Assembly: GCF_963921235.1 (NCBI RefSeq) | Contig: NC_086108.1 | Location: 85,004,001 to 85,068,000, forward strand | DNA length: 64,000 nucleotides | Direction: 5' to 3' | From: Mobula hypostoma | Lineage: Eukaryota | In this document: piece by piece, positions 1-13,340 of the stretch | How positions within the stretch are numbered: the first letter of the stretch is position 1 | Layout: each line of letters begins with the position of its first letter | The notes under the pieces: model-generated | Seen by the model: the letters and a program-made list of their open reading frames with translations, nothing else | The model's database searches: none | What the model was told of the DNA's origin: nothing | Made by a program: the position numbers and the translations under genes

Positions 1-486
1 CAGTTTTGTGTTTTTTTTTACATAGTTCAGTGTAGTTTTTGTATTGTTCATGTAGCACCATGGTCCTGAAAAACATTGTCTCGTTTTTAGTGTGTACTGT
101 ACCAGCAGTTATGGTCGAAATGACAATAAAAGTGACCTGACTTGACTAGTCACTGGCAGCCAACCAGAAAAGGCCCCTTTTATTCCCACTCACTGCCTTC
201 TGCCTGTCAGACATTCCGCTATCCATGCCAGTAACCTTATTGTAACACCATAGGATTTTATCTTGTTAAGCAGACTCATGTGTGGCACCTTATCATAAGC
301 CTTCTGAAAATCCACTTCTCCTTTGTCCACCTTGATTGTTACTTCCTTGAAGAACTCTTAAACAGCTTTGTCAGACAAGATTTTGCTGCTGTTAGACAAG
401 TAACTAGCCAAAACCTTTTTGGACCAAACATGAATTTTAAAACCTTTTGACATACAGATTAAGCAAAGCCATCACCTGAGAAATAA

Positions 487-807
487 GTGGCACAATAGCA
501 CAGATGGTACAGCTGCTGTTTTACAGCTCAAGTGATCCAGGATCAATCCTGATTTCTGGTACTGTGTGGAAAGTGCCTCTTCTCCCTATGACTACATGAG
601 ATTTTTCTGGATGCTCCAAGTTTCCTCCCACATTTTAAAACATGCAGGTTGTTAGATAAATTGGCTCAGTGTGTGTTTAAGTGGTAGAATTTGATGGGAG
701 TGGGAGATTAAATGATATTGTGCATGAATTGTGTAAGTGGGTGCTTGATTGTCAGCATGCACTTGGTGGATCACAGGATGTTTCTGTGCTATATGATACC
801 ATGACTC
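487..807 (+). mobile_element. Decayed tRNA-derived SINE (HE1/CORE-like)
   Basis: tRNA-like head (gtggcacaatagcacagatggt...ggatcaatcct), core-like gtttcctcccacatt..aaacatgcaggtt, and CR1-like tail ctgtgctatatgataccatgactc. Confidence 0.6.
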
Positions 808-1946
808 GTTGCAATACATGATTTAAAAGAGCAGTTTTGTACAGATTGCTTAAATAAATGAATCAGAAATACCTATTGACCTTTTATAAGATGGCTCCAC
901 AAACTTCAAAGTTATTATTCACACCAATTATCCTTTCTCTACACCTCCAAAATAAATCAAACTTCGGAGAATTCAAATTCACATTCTGTCTGCCTTTGGC
1001 ATTAGCCACAGAATAATTCTGAAGCTGAAACTCAGACTATCTACATGCAATCTAACACCACTGATGTGAAAGCTGTGAGGTATTACTATTATCCATTAAT
1101 ATTGTTTTAGTCACACCAATATGTTCTGCATGTAGTATAGTCACACTTCTCCTTATTTTCATACAACGGCTTGTTTATTGATAGATGATAAAATAAATGG
1201 ATTTCCAAGTGGCCAAGATCTCCAGCCATGTTTATTCCATATGCATTATAATCCAGCTGAGGAAAACAAAAATCTTGAATGAAAATTTAAAAATGTTGAT
1301 ACTTTTCTGCATTGGCGACTGAAAAATGAAAATGAATTATATATGCAATATGACAAAGTATTTTAAAGGTTTTGCAACATACAAAAACAAGTAGATGCTG
1401 GATTTCCTTTTACTAATGGTTAACTAATAAAAAAAACCTCATCTATTTGCTATCTTTAACCTAATAAAAAAACATCCCAGGCTTTCACAGAAACAGGAAC
1501 AAACAAAAGCTGCAGCAAGCCCTGAGGAGATAAAAGGACCATATGCTTTATTAAAATTCAATGATTTTAAGGAGCACCTTAAAGAAGAAGAGAAGTGGAA
1601 TTAAGGGAATAATTTTGAATCTTTGATGACATAGCAACCAATTTAACTGGGGGTGGTCAAGAATCCAGAAATGTGGAGATAAAGCAGGCAACATAATGGA
1701 GGTGATCACTAAAATAAACGTAGGTTTACTTAACTCAGAAACACTGTAGGTCAGGAAGCAAATGAGATGACAGGTCAAAGAGATCTAAATGTGAGATAAG
1801 ATGGTTTATAGTTAGAATAAAAGGAAAGATGACAAAAATTGTGCTGGAATACTGAATAACTGAGTTCAGAGATAATAGCCTTAGTAACAGATGATCAGAG
1901 GAGAGGCTACAATCAAATTGGGTTGTGGAAATGGAAGACTTTAAAG

Positions 1947-2021
1947 CGGGGTTCCCAGGAGTCCATGGACTCCTCAATTAATGGTAGGGGTCCAAGACAT
2001 AATAAAGGTTGGGAACTCCTG
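1947..2021. mobile_element. 75-bp hAT/Charlie-type MITE
   Basis: Ends cggggttccca / tgggaactcctg; 8-bp flanks ctttaaag / ttttaaag. Confidence 0.7.
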
Positions 2022-2199
2022 TTTTAAAGAGAGTACAGGACTTAGGGTAAAAAGTGACACCAAAATTGTGAACAGTACAGTTTGGTGCCATGGAAAGACA
2101 AGGAGATTAAAAAAAAATACATAAGCGGGATCAAAGGTGATAGTGGTCAGACTTCCCTATATTTAATTGGAAGAATGAAGCCACTGTCAGGGTGGAGCA

Positions 2200-2612
2200 G
2201 AAACACTCCACATTCTGTCTAGGTACCCTCTAATCTGTTGGCATAAACATTGATTTTTCCAACAATTATTTTCCCCCTTCCCCATTCTGACCTCTTACCC
2301 CTTTTCTCACCTGCATATTACCTACTCCAGTACACCTCCTCCTTTCATTTCTCCCATGGTCCACTCCCCGCTCCTATCAGATTCCTTCTTCTCCAAACTT
2401 TCGATGTTTCCACCTATCACCCCCCCCAACCATACCCCCACTTGACTTCATCCTCCCTCCCCAACCCACCTGGCTTCACCTATCACCTTCCAGTTTGGCC
2501 TTCTTTCCTCTTCCCATTTTATTATTCTGGCATCTTCCCCCTTCCTTTCCCATTCTCAGCCTGAAACATTGATGTTTTATTCATTTCCTTAGGTGCTGTC
2601 TGACCTGCTATA
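2200..2612 (+). mobile_element. Penelope-like element 3' fragment
   Basis: Remnant of the GIY-YIG C-terminus (cagggtggagcagaaacac...tctaggtaccct), then a pyrimidine-rich region and the terminal repeat shared with 50290-50660. Confidence 0.65.
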
Positions 2613-3431
2613 TTTTTCCTTCAGATGATAATTTTGAAGAATAGCTTGTCAAAAATAAAAAGACACAGGTTTGTAGAATACCAGGGGTTATAGTCATTGC
2701 TAACAGAAAACTCATTCTAAAAAATATTGAGAACCTTCATCTTATCTGGCCAACTTTAAAAGAGTGTAAGTTCTTGTGTAGACAACGTGTACATTGGGAA
2801 TATTCTACTTCATGCATTTATTTTCAGATCCAGCTCATCACTTTTGAATGATATTTTGTAAACATCTTCACAGCCAAAATCCAAAATTCATCTAATGTTT
2901 GGAGGAGAATTGCCTCCTCCAGTCATTAATTTCTAAAAGTTGGCTTTACTAATATTATGTGCTTTTCCATCTGCTCACTGTTCTTTTCTCAAGAGTAATG
3001 TACCTTTCGTTATCAAATATTCAGAGTTAAATCTTTAATAATTACTGCCTTAACAACAAAGTTGTGTCTTAATAACTCATTTTTAAATTTGGTACAACAT
3101 CCTTTACACTAACTTGATTTTGTAGTATTTCACGTTTACTTTTCACTGATGGTTATGAATGATTTGAAACAAATCTGGTTGGATAGTGAAATTATAGTGT
3201 TTAAGATTTTCTAATTTTCTTACACTCTCTGTTGAATTTGAAATTCTGTTCAGATTATAACTGTAATGTGAAAAGTACTCAATACAATTGTGCAGTTTCA
3301 TGATTTGTAACCAATATGCATGTTTTTTGCATATTGCACCTTTTCATACTATCCTCTGCATTCAAATATATTCACAAATATCCAGGCAACAAAGAAAAAA
3401 ATAGTTTCAACATTAAAATAATTTTACTCAC

Positions 3432-3534
3432 TGTCTGCTTGAATGCACTGTGCCAGGTGGCTCAGGATCACCATGATTGGTAGCGCAGTCGAACGAGTAA
3501 GTACCATATTCCAGGCTAAAGTTAGTACTTTCAT
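3432..3534 (-). CDS. PTPRF: First coding segment (signal peptide) of a probable LAR-family receptor protein tyrosine phosphatase, PTPRF-like; lies within exon 3432-3584
   Basis: Minus strand: acceptor tattcttattgttaag| at 3584 and donor |gtgagt at 3432. ATG at 3534 gives MKVLTLAWNMVLTRSTALPIMVILSHLAQCIQAD plus 1 nt (phase 1, A|, compatible with Ser). A hydrophobic signal peptide with a phase-1 break after Asp matches the recalled PTPRF exon (human ...GAHGD|S, zebrafish ...SQADS). The exon is well supported; gene identity rests on 34 aa only. Confidence 0.6.
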
Positions 3535-3772
3535 TCGAGTCCAGATACCAATCTGTCCAGTGGTCGCTTGTCAGATGCTCATACCTTAACAATAAGAATA
3601 TTATACGTCAGTTATACATTATTTATCATTACTGATCACCAAATAGCTAATAGTTAATTCTTTAAACCTTACAACTTACAAGCCAAAGTGAAACTACAAT
3701 ATGACTTTCTAGCCAGCACAGATTCCATTGGCTGTAACAGCTGTTACAAAATACAAAGACCTGACAACTTAA

Positions 3773-5200
3773 CAAGACCATGAGACATAGGAGCAGAATT
3801 AGCAGAATCTACTCCACCATTCAATCATGGCTGCTTTATTTCCATCCTCCCCCACCCAACCCCTTCATCCCTCCACCTATCTTTGTATCATCCAGAAACT
3901 TGACCACAGAGCAATCAATTCTGTTTTCCAGATTACTGACATCCAACATGAAAAATAATAGACCCAACACCAACACCTGCAAAGCACTGACAGATAACCA
4001 GAAAAGCCCCCCCGCCATTCCTATACTGTCTTCTGCCAGTCAGATCTCCTATCCACACTACTAATTTCCTTGTAATAGGATAAGCTCCTACTTTGTCTAG
4101 CAACCTGTGTGTCACCATATCAAATGCCTCTGCTGACTCCTGAGTATCCTGTTAGTTACTTTCTCAAACCATTACACAGATTTGTCTGGCAAAATCTCCT
4201 CTTAAGGAACTAATGCTGTCTTCAACTTATTTTCTCATGTACTTTCAAGTACCTCAAAGCCTCATCCTTAATAATGGACTCCAAATCTTACCAACCCCAC
4301 ATGCATCATGCAAGCCAGTTTATAATTTCTTGTTTTTTTTGTCTCCTTCCCTTTTTAAAGAGTTGAATGGCTTCTATGATTTCCCAATGCTCTGGAACCA
4401 TTCCTAAAAATAGTGATTCTTGAAAGATCACTCCTAATACCTTTACAATCCCTTCAGATACCTCTTTCAGAACGCTGGAGCATAGTTCATCTGATCCAGG
4501 TGACTTATCCACCTTCAGACATTCCAGCATTCAAAGCACCTTCTCCTTGGTAACAGTGACTACTCAGTTCTGTCCCTTGACTCTTTCAAATATCTGGTAT
4601 GTTGCTGATGTCTCCCACAGTGCAAAATACTTATTCAGTTAATCTTTCTTCCTCTCCCATTACTACCTTTTCCAATGTCATTTTCCAGTGGTCCAATGTG
4701 CACTTTCTCCTCTTTTTATAGATCTAAAAAAAAGGTTTTGATATCCTCCTTTATATCATTAACTAGTTTACATTTATTATTTCAATTTTTCTTTCCTTAT
4801 GGCTTTTTTAGTTGCCTTATGTTGGTTTTTAAAAGATTCTTGATTCATCTAATCTTCCCACTAATTTTTACAATATTGCATGTCCCATCTTTTACTTTTA
4901 TGCTGTTTACTTTTTTACTTTTATGTCCATGGTTGCCTCATCCTCCCTTTAGTATGCTGCTTCTTTGGGATGAAATAATCCTGTGATTCTAAATTACTCC
5001 CAGAAACTCCTGCTATTGCTCATCTACTATCATCCTTGCTAGGGTCTCCTTCCAATCAGCTTTGGCCAGCATCTCTCTCATGCCTCTTCAATTACTTTCA
5101 CTCAACTCTAATCTCAATAGATCCGATTTTAGCTTCTCTTTCTCTCTCTCTCAAACTCCAGGCTGAATTCTATCTTGTTATGATTACTATCTCCATATGT
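3773..5200 (-). mobile_element. Decayed CR1 LINE
   Basis: Minus-strand remnants LKVDKSPGSDELCSSVLKEV and KFLDDTKIGG (RT FADD motif); CR1 3' tail near 3775-3830. Confidence 0.8.
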
Positions 5201-5553
5201 TGCTATGAGTTACACGGTTACTAAACTGAACAAATTAGCATCTCAACAGCAGACTTGAGGAGATTCAATGTAAACCTTAATTAAGATGCAATAATACCCT
5301 CCATATAAAATGAATTTGGTCAGTCAGATAAATAGCTCAATAACCTCCAGAAGCTGAACTTGCAGTATCATCCAATGTTAATTTGAAACTACATTTTTAA
5401 TAATATTTTGATAAATAGTAGTCATTTTCCAATTTCTTGCTTGAGAAGTCATCAAAATATACATAAAACCAGAAAGAATGTTTTCTCATTTTACGTGTCA
5501 AGTACTCTGCTTCTTATCCTTAGATATTGCCTAATGTTAACACTTAAGGGCAG

Positions 5554-5700
5554 ACAACAGGAATTCTGCAGATGCTGGAAATTCAAGCAACATACATCAA
5601 AGTTGCTGGTGAACGCAGCAGGCCAAGCAGCATCTATAGGAAGAGGCGCAGTCGACGTTTCAGGCCGAGACCCTTCGTCAGGACTAACTGAAGGAAGAAT
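5554..5700 (-). mobile_element. Short Penelope terminal-repeat insertion with hammerhead motif
   Basis: Flanked by 11-bp duplication cttaagggcag (5543 and 5701); near-identical to 43757-43865. Confidence 0.8.
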
Positions 5701-5867
5701 CTTAAGGGCAGTGTAGTTTTTACCTCAACTCTGATATAGTCCTTGCTTTCATTTATTTTCTATATACTAAGTGGACCCTCTCAGGTTGGTGCAGATAGTA
5801 TTACAAACTTCATGCAAGTACAAATTGAACTAATTTTCCAGAATTTCTCTCCTTGACCTTTAAGATT

Positions 5868-6498
5868 GAAAGAATTGATTGTGGACTTAAGGACGGGGAA
5901 ATCAAGGAAAAGCACAGTTGTCCACATTGACGGATCTGCAGTGGAGAGGATGAGTAGTTTGAAGACCCTGGCTATCAACATCTCTGAAGATCTATTCTGG
6001 ACCTGATATATTTCTGCAATTTGAGGAGGCTTGGTATGTCACCAAAGGTACTCACAAATTTCTATATACCATGGAGAGTACTCCAACTGGTTGCACCACC
6101 ATCTGGAGGAGCCACTGCGAAGGAGTGAAAAAAGCTGCAGAAAGTTGTAAACTCAGCCAGCTCCATTATGGATACTAGCTTCTCCAGCATGCAGAACATT
6201 TTCAAACACAAAAAAGGCAGCAAGCATCGAGCAAGACCCCCGTCGCTCAAGTCATGCTCACTTCTCATTGCTATCATCAAGGTGGTGGTACAGGAACCCG
6301 AAGACACACACTCAACATGTCAGGAACACCACCTTCCCCTCTGCCAGAGTTCTATATGGACAGTAAACCCATGAACATACTTCACTATTAATTTTCCTCT
6401 GTTCATAGCTGTTTTATTATGTATTGCAATGTACTGCTGCTACAAAACAACAAATTTCACAGCATATGTGAGTGTTATTAAACCTGCTTCTGACTCTA
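5868..6498 (+). mobile_element. Rex1/Babar-type LINE 3' fragment
   Basis: KELIVD...VERMSSLKTLAINISEDL-like remnants; tail aaacctgcttctgactct. Confidence 0.7.
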
Positions 6499-6499
6499 C

Positions 6500-9400
6500 T
6501 GTTTCCCTGGGCAGAGAATTCCACAGATTCACTACTCTCTGGAAAACCAATTTCTCATCTCCATCTTGAATTTATTCCCCTGTACCTTGAGGCTTTATTC
6601 CCTAATCTTCTCATATGCTAACCCACTCATCCCCAGAATCAACCTGGTGAACTTCCTCTGCACTGCCTCCAAAACCAGTACAGCTTTCTTCGAGTAAGAT
6701 GTCCAGAAAAGCACACAGTACTTGAAGTGTGGTCTCACTAGTACCAAGTACAGTTGCAATTTATCTTCCTTATTCTGAAATTCATTCCCTCTAGCAATGA
6801 AGGTCAATGTTCCATCTATTTTCTTGATAACCTTTTACATCTGCAAACCAACATTGTGCAATTCATGCACAAGCACTTCCAAGACCCTCTGCGCGACAGC
6901 ATGCTGCAATCTTTCACCATTTAATTCATAATCTGATCTTTTACTTTACTTTCCAAAATGACCTCACCTTCTCCACATTGGATTCTAACTGCCAGATCCT
7001 ATCTTAACCTAACTATGTCTCTTTATATCTCCCCGTATCCTTGGACAATTTGCTTTGCCACTCAATTTAGGGTAATCAGCAAATTTAGATCAGATATACT
7101 GGGTCCCTTCTTCCAAATCATTACATCACAAACAGTTGTGGGCCCAGTACAGACTCCTGCAGCATTCTGCACATGACTGACTGCCAGAGAAATACCCATT
7201 CATCCCAACTCTGTCTTCTATTTGTTAACCAATCCTCTATCCATACTAATATATCACCCCCAACTCCAAGCATCTTCATCTTATGGAAGTCTTTTATGTG
7301 GCAATCAAACACCTTCTGGAAATCTTATTATACACCATCCACCTGTTCCCCTCTATCCAATGCACACATTAAATTCTGAAAGAACTCAAGTTTGTCAATC
7401 AGAATCCGTTCTTCATGAACCTATGCTGTGTCTGTCTGATGGAACCATTTCTATCCAGATGCCTCGCTATTTCTTCCTTAAAGATAGCTTCAAGCTTTTC
7501 ACCGACTACAGACGTTAAGCTAACTAGCCTACAGTTACCTGTTTTTTGTCTACATCCTCTACTAAGCAGAGCTGTGACATTCGCTGTCTTCCAATTTGCC
7601 GGGGATCCATCCAGAGTCCAGACAATTTTGGTGAACTATCACAAATGCATATATTATTACTACCACCATTTCTTTAAGTACGCTAGGGACTAGGGTTTCT
7701 TTACCTTTAAGCCTACTAACTTGCTCATCACTACTACTTTCATGACAGCAATGGTCCTCACCTCCCTTTGCATCCATAGCATCTCTTTGGCATGTTAAAC
7801 ATATCCTCCATCATGAAGAGAGACCAAAAATAGTTGCTCAAGGCTTTGGCCCATTACCACATTTCCAAATATTAATTCCTCCTTCTCAACTTCCAAGGGA
7901 CCTTTTAACTTTTACTGTCTGGCTTTATTTTTTGTGCTCGTTTACATTTGTAACCCATCTTCCCTTTCCTTATTGTTTGCCTCATGGTTCTTTGTTGCTT
8001 TTCAAAGGTTTGCCAGTCTTCTGGTTTCCCACTACTCTTGTAACTTTGTATGCATGAGCTTTTAGTTGGATACCTTCTTTAGTTATTCACAGCTGGCTTT
8101 TGTCACCCTTACTAGCATTGCTTGTAACTGGAGTATACTTTTGTTGTAGCACACATGAAATGCTAGAGGAACTCAGGAGGCTAGGCAGCATCTATGGAAA
8201 AGAGTATAATCAACGTTTTAGGCCCTGACCCTTTATCAGGACAGGGGAAAAAAGATGCACAGTAGTGTAGTAGTTAGTACAATACAGGTGACCTGGGTTC
8301 AATTCCCATTGCTGCCTGTAAGAAATTTGTGCTTTTGCAAATCTTCTCTTGTATGTACTCCTGTTGAGCACCTTGAAAAATCTGTCTGAAAGTCTTTCAC
8401 TGTCCTACCATATAACATGCATTCTCAGTTTACACTAGTCAGCTCCTTCCTCATCCTGCAGTCTCCTTTATTTAGGCATAATACACTGGTTTTAGATCAA
8501 AATATTGCACCCTCGATTTGTATGAAAAATTCAACCGGGCTGGTCACTCTTACGAAGAAGATTGCTAACTACAAGATCGTTAATTTTACCTCTCTCATTG
8601 CACATGACCAGATCTAAGATAGCATTTTCCCTTATAGATTCCCTATAAGCAGAAGCACAACGAGATCTAGGTGTTCTTGTACATCAGTCACTGAAAGCAA
8701 GCATGCAAGTACAGCAGGCTCTGAAGAAAGCTAATGGCATGCTGGCCTTCATAACAAGGGGAATTGAGTATAAGAGCAAAGAGGTCCTTCTGCAGCTGTA
8801 CAGGGCCCTGGTGAGACCACACCTGGAGTACTGTGTGCAGTTTTGGTCTCCAAATTTGAGGAAGGACATTCTTGCTATTGAGGGAGTGCAGCATAGGTAC
8901 ACAAGGTTAATTCCCGGGATGGCGGGACTGTCATATGTTGAAAGATTGGAGCGAATGGGCTTGTATACTCTGGAATTTAGAAGGCTGAGAGGGAATCTTA
9001 TTGAAACATATAAGATTATTAAGGGATTGGACACGCTGGAGGCAGGAAGCACGTTCCCACTGATGGGTGAGTCCAGAACCAGAGGCCACAGTTTAAGAAT
9101 AAGGGGTAGGCCAATTAGAATGGAGTTGAGGAAAAACTTTTTCACCCAGAGAATGGTGGATATATGGAATGCTCTGCCCCAGAAAGCTGTGGAGGCCAAG
9201 TCTCTGGATGCTTTCAAGAAAGAGATGGATAGAGCTCTTAACGATAGCGGAATCAAAGGTTACTGCGATAAGGCAGGAACTGGATACTGATAGTGGATGA
9301 TCAGCCATGATCACAGCGAATGGTGGTGCTGGTTCAAAGGGCCGAATGGCCTACTCCTGCACCTACTGTCTATTGTCTAAAATGCTCAAGAAAGCCATCA

Positions 9401-10115
9401 TGGATGCATTCTATGAAGACCCCCTCAAGAATGCCTTAACCAAATTCAGTCGCCCAATCTATGTGGAAGTTAAAGTCCCCCATGACAACTGCTGTTACAT
9501 TCTGAAGTGCATCAGGTATTTCTTGGTTTATTGCCCATACCACTGTAACATTATTATTTAGTGGCCTACAGACAACCTCCACCAGCGATTTCACCCTTTT
9601 ACTATTGCTAATCTCTACTCAGCTGGACTCAACATTTTGCTCCTTAAACTGTCTCTTACTGTCACCCTGTTCTTACATTATCTCTTACTAGCACCGATTT
9701 CATTCCCATTTGAATGTGCTATCCCACCTTCCTTACCTTCCCCTTGGATATTTAATTGCCAACAATCTTTACTCGCAACCACAGTTCAGTAACAGCTACC
9801 GCATTATACCCCTTTGTACTCATTTACACCACTAGTTCATTAAATATTTCAAACACCATGGGTATTCAGAAAAGTGCCCTTACACATATTGTCCGTTTAG
9901 AATATAGCAACCTCCATGCTTTTGAATTAGAATTTTCTGTACTCCACTCTGACTTTTTGATAGCTTTTGTTTAGGTCTCTGCATTGCTTCCTTCTGTCTA
10001 TCTGCCTGGATTCCCATCACCCTGCCAGATTAGTTTAAACCTTCCTCAATAGCACTTGCAAACAATTCCCCGCAGGACATTGATCCCAGTTCTGCCCAGG
10101 TGTAAACTCTTCAGT
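6500..10115 (-). mobile_element. Long decayed CR1 LINE (ORF1 end, endonuclease, RT, C-terminus), interrupted by younger insertions
   Basis: Minus strand: LHLGRTGINVL (ORF1 esterase end, ~10075-10110), VVMGDFNF (endonuclease, ~9466-9490), QESVLGPQLF (RT), LVRPHFKYCVLFW (C-terminus). Confidence 0.8.
8648..9379 (+). mobile_element. Young 5'-truncated CR1 LINE
   Basis: Uninterrupted 195-aa ORF 8703-9290 with LYRALVRPHLEYCVQFWSP and RTRGHSLRI; 3' tail cctactcctgcacctactgtctattgtcta. Confidence 0.92.
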
Positions 10116-11816
10116 TTGTATTGGAGGACAGAGGCTGTAAAACATTCCATGCCACTTAATCTGGAAGAAAATAAATATTTACTGGCTTTACTTAAGAAAC
10201 AAGAAAATGACTGCAAATAAAAACACACAGCCATTTCCAAAGTTCAAATAGGATCCATCATCCCCCTTTGGAATCTAGGTGACTCATGTGAAGAAAAGTT
10301 TGGAGTAGTAGCAAAATTTGTTGAGCACCAGAAAATGAGAAGACTCCATTTCAAAATTGTATTTGTGTCTTAGTATACTGAAAAACACTTTAAGGTACTA
10401 AGAAGATCCCTTGATTCAGTTGTGTTCAAAATTGTGTGAAGTAGTGTACAGTAAATTGCTTTCACGGAAAATATATACAGGCCAAGCCCTGGTTATGAAC
10501 AGATTTAGCTTTTACAGGTGCCTTTAGTTGGAAAATATACAAAAATCACTTGATATAGTGACGATACCTCCAGAATATTGTGATGAATGGCATCAAAACA
10601 CACAAGAGTCGCCAAACAAAAATCACAATTATTAAATAGACAGAGAGTCAGTGGATGTGGAATGAATGCATGTACATGTCTGTCATATTTTTCAATATGG
10701 TATACTGCTTGTATGAGAGAGCATTCATAAATTGGGCATTTGGAACCTTGGGTTGATCCATAGTGGATTTTTGGAAACAGTTCTTTCCTTCAAAAGATAT
10801 GTACCAATTAACAATCCAAAAAATGTTAAAGGTCTTGCAAAGAATGAGTCAAAGCTATGCCTTTTAAAATAGAAATACAGCTATACAGAATTAGGAAGAA
10901 AATATTCATCAGATGCTTCTGGTTGTGTATCAAATTGAAAATCCAAAAGCTTGGAAACCTTTTGTGAAGTCCAAAAGGAAATTATTGCACAGATGGCGAT
11001 TTGAAACCCTCAGGGCCATGCTATTAACCAGAATTGTGAAAATCTTTTCATTAGCTAAGAAATTTCTTGTTGAATGATACAATGTCCTTGCTATAGTCTA
11101 GTTAATTATACTCATGTAACTCACTATAACATAAATTCTTGTTCTTCATTTCTTATTGTTCAAAGTTTGCAGAAAGAATAAAGATACATTCTTACAATTT
11201 CAAATGCATGTTCAGTGACCACTCTTCCTGTGTTGTCTTCTTTATTGGTTTTTAAATACTTCCACATAACTTTTATTTAAGAATAACTTAATATAGTATT
11301 ATCAATGAAAAGTTCAAAATGGATGTTTCAAGCATCATGTGGGGTGGAAAAAACAGCTATACCAATTTGGGAGTGGTTTACCAACACACTTGCAATATTC
11401 TTAATCAGCTTTCAATTTCTCAAGCAAAATGCTAATAATCCATCCAATAGCCATAAGAAGTCCCAAAGCAATTCCATCATCTTCCAATCTGTATGTCAAG
11501 ATGCCAATGTTCAAGACTTGCTACATAACACTTTTCCTATACGGAAAGATTGAAGTGCTCAAATTGTCAAGATCAATAAATGAAAACTTCAAATTCATTG
11601 ATTTCATTTCAGCCCTATATTGAAATTAATGTAACCCAAGAAAGAAATTTATACCTGAAACGATTATCCCGTAGTATGCACTTAAAAGACTAAGATTATG
11701 AAAGTATACCTTTGGATTCTTCAACGTTTAGTTTTGCAGCCAAGATACTACAGAATTGAATTTCTTTTCCTTATTGATAATTCAAAATATAGTGGGGAAG
11801 AATTATTTTCTAAATA

Positions 11817-13340
11817 CAGGTGTCCCCCGCTTTTCGAACGTTCGCTTTACGAAACCTCACTGTTACGAAAGACCTACATTAGTTACCTGTTTTCGCTAAC
11901 AGGTGTTTTCACTGTTACGAAAAAAGGCAGCACGCGGAAAAAGCAGCGCGCACCCCGAGCAGCCACTCCTCCCCCGGATTTGGACCGGCATTCCCACCAG
12001 CATTGCTTAAACACGTGCCTGTGAGCAGCCATTAGCAAGATGAGTTCTAAGGTATCGGAAAAGCCTGAAAGAGCTCGTAAGGGTGTTACACTTAGCATAA
12101 AACTAGACATAATTATTTCGATCGTGGTGAACGAAGTAAGGACAAAGTGAGTTTGGCTTGTGGAAGTTGACGAAGATGATGTTGAAGAGGTTTTGGCATC
12201 TCATGACCAAGAACTGATAGATGAAGAGCTGATGTAATTGGAAGAGGAAAGGATAACAATCGAAACCGAATGCAGTAGCGAATGGACCGGAAGTGAAGTC
12301 ATCCAGGAACTGAACGTGAAGCAACTGCGTGAGATTTTCGCTGCAATGATAAAGTACGACTTTAACTTTGAAAGGATACATCAGTTTAGGGCATATTTGC
12401 AGGATGGTTTGAGTGCTTACAAAGAACTGTATGATCTAAAAATGCGCGAGGCTCAGCAGTCAAGCAAGCCTTCCACATCAGCCACAGCAGATGACGAACC
12501 TCGACCTTCAACATCAAGGCAGGCAGACATAGAAGAAGATGACCTGCCTGCCCTGATGGAAACAGACGACGAGATGACACCCGTGTCCCACCACCCCAAC
12601 CCCTGGGCCGCAGACAGATACTGATTCGCGAAGAATGCAGCGGTAGCCGGGACGCAGCCAGCACATTTTTAAGAAAAAAAAGCCCAAATAAACAAGCTAA
12701 TTAATTAGGTGCCGCCTGCATGTAAACATCGGCCCAGATCAGAGGCGATTGCCGATTGCGTCGCCTCTGATCTGGGCCGACATTTACGTGCTGGGTGCGT
12801 CCCGGCCACCGCTGTACCCCTGCATGCTTCGCGTATCGGTTCGCTGCCCGGAGGGTGGGGGCCACTGCACCACCCCAACCTCCGACGACTCAGCCTAACA
12901 CACCATCATCAGTGTGCTCGGCGCTGTCCCAATTCCGGTAAGTGATACTACACTGGACATACATTATTTCTACTTTATATCTGCTGTGTATTTTCACATG
13001 TTATTTGGTATGATTTGACAGCTTCATAGCTTAAAGGTTACTGGAGAGCGCTTGCGTGAGATTTTTGCTACGGAGAACAGTGCGGCAATGATTGTGGAAA
13101 AGTATTTCTACTTTATATAGGCTGTGTATTCATCATATCATTCCTGCTTTTACTATACGTTACTGTTATTTTAGGTTTTGTGTGTTATTTGGCATGATTT
13201 GGTAGGTTACTTTTGGGTCTGCGAACGCTCACAAATTTTTCCCATATAAATTAATGGTAATTGCTTCTTCGCTTTACGACATTCCGGCTTACGAACCGTT
13301 TCATAGGGACGCTCTACCTTCGGATGGCGGGGGAAACCTG
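11817..13340 (+). mobile_element. Internally deleted Tigger/pogo DNA transposon
   Basis: TA|caggtgtcccccgc ... gcgggggaaacctg TIRs; transposase N-terminus MSSKVSEKPERARKGVTLSIKLDII (~12040) joined to C-terminal EVDEDDVEEVLASHDQELIDEEL...AYKELY; no DDE core seen. Confidence 0.88.

Noticed and set aside
3434..3583. Alternative open frame across the exon (YEHLTSDHWTDWYL...HSSR, 50 codons)
   Set aside because: No recognisable protein. The signal-peptide frame explains the exon better, and a 50-codon open frame can occur by chance.
8684..9256. 190-aa minus-strand ORF
   Set aside because: Antisense shadow of the CR1 ORF2 on the plus strand
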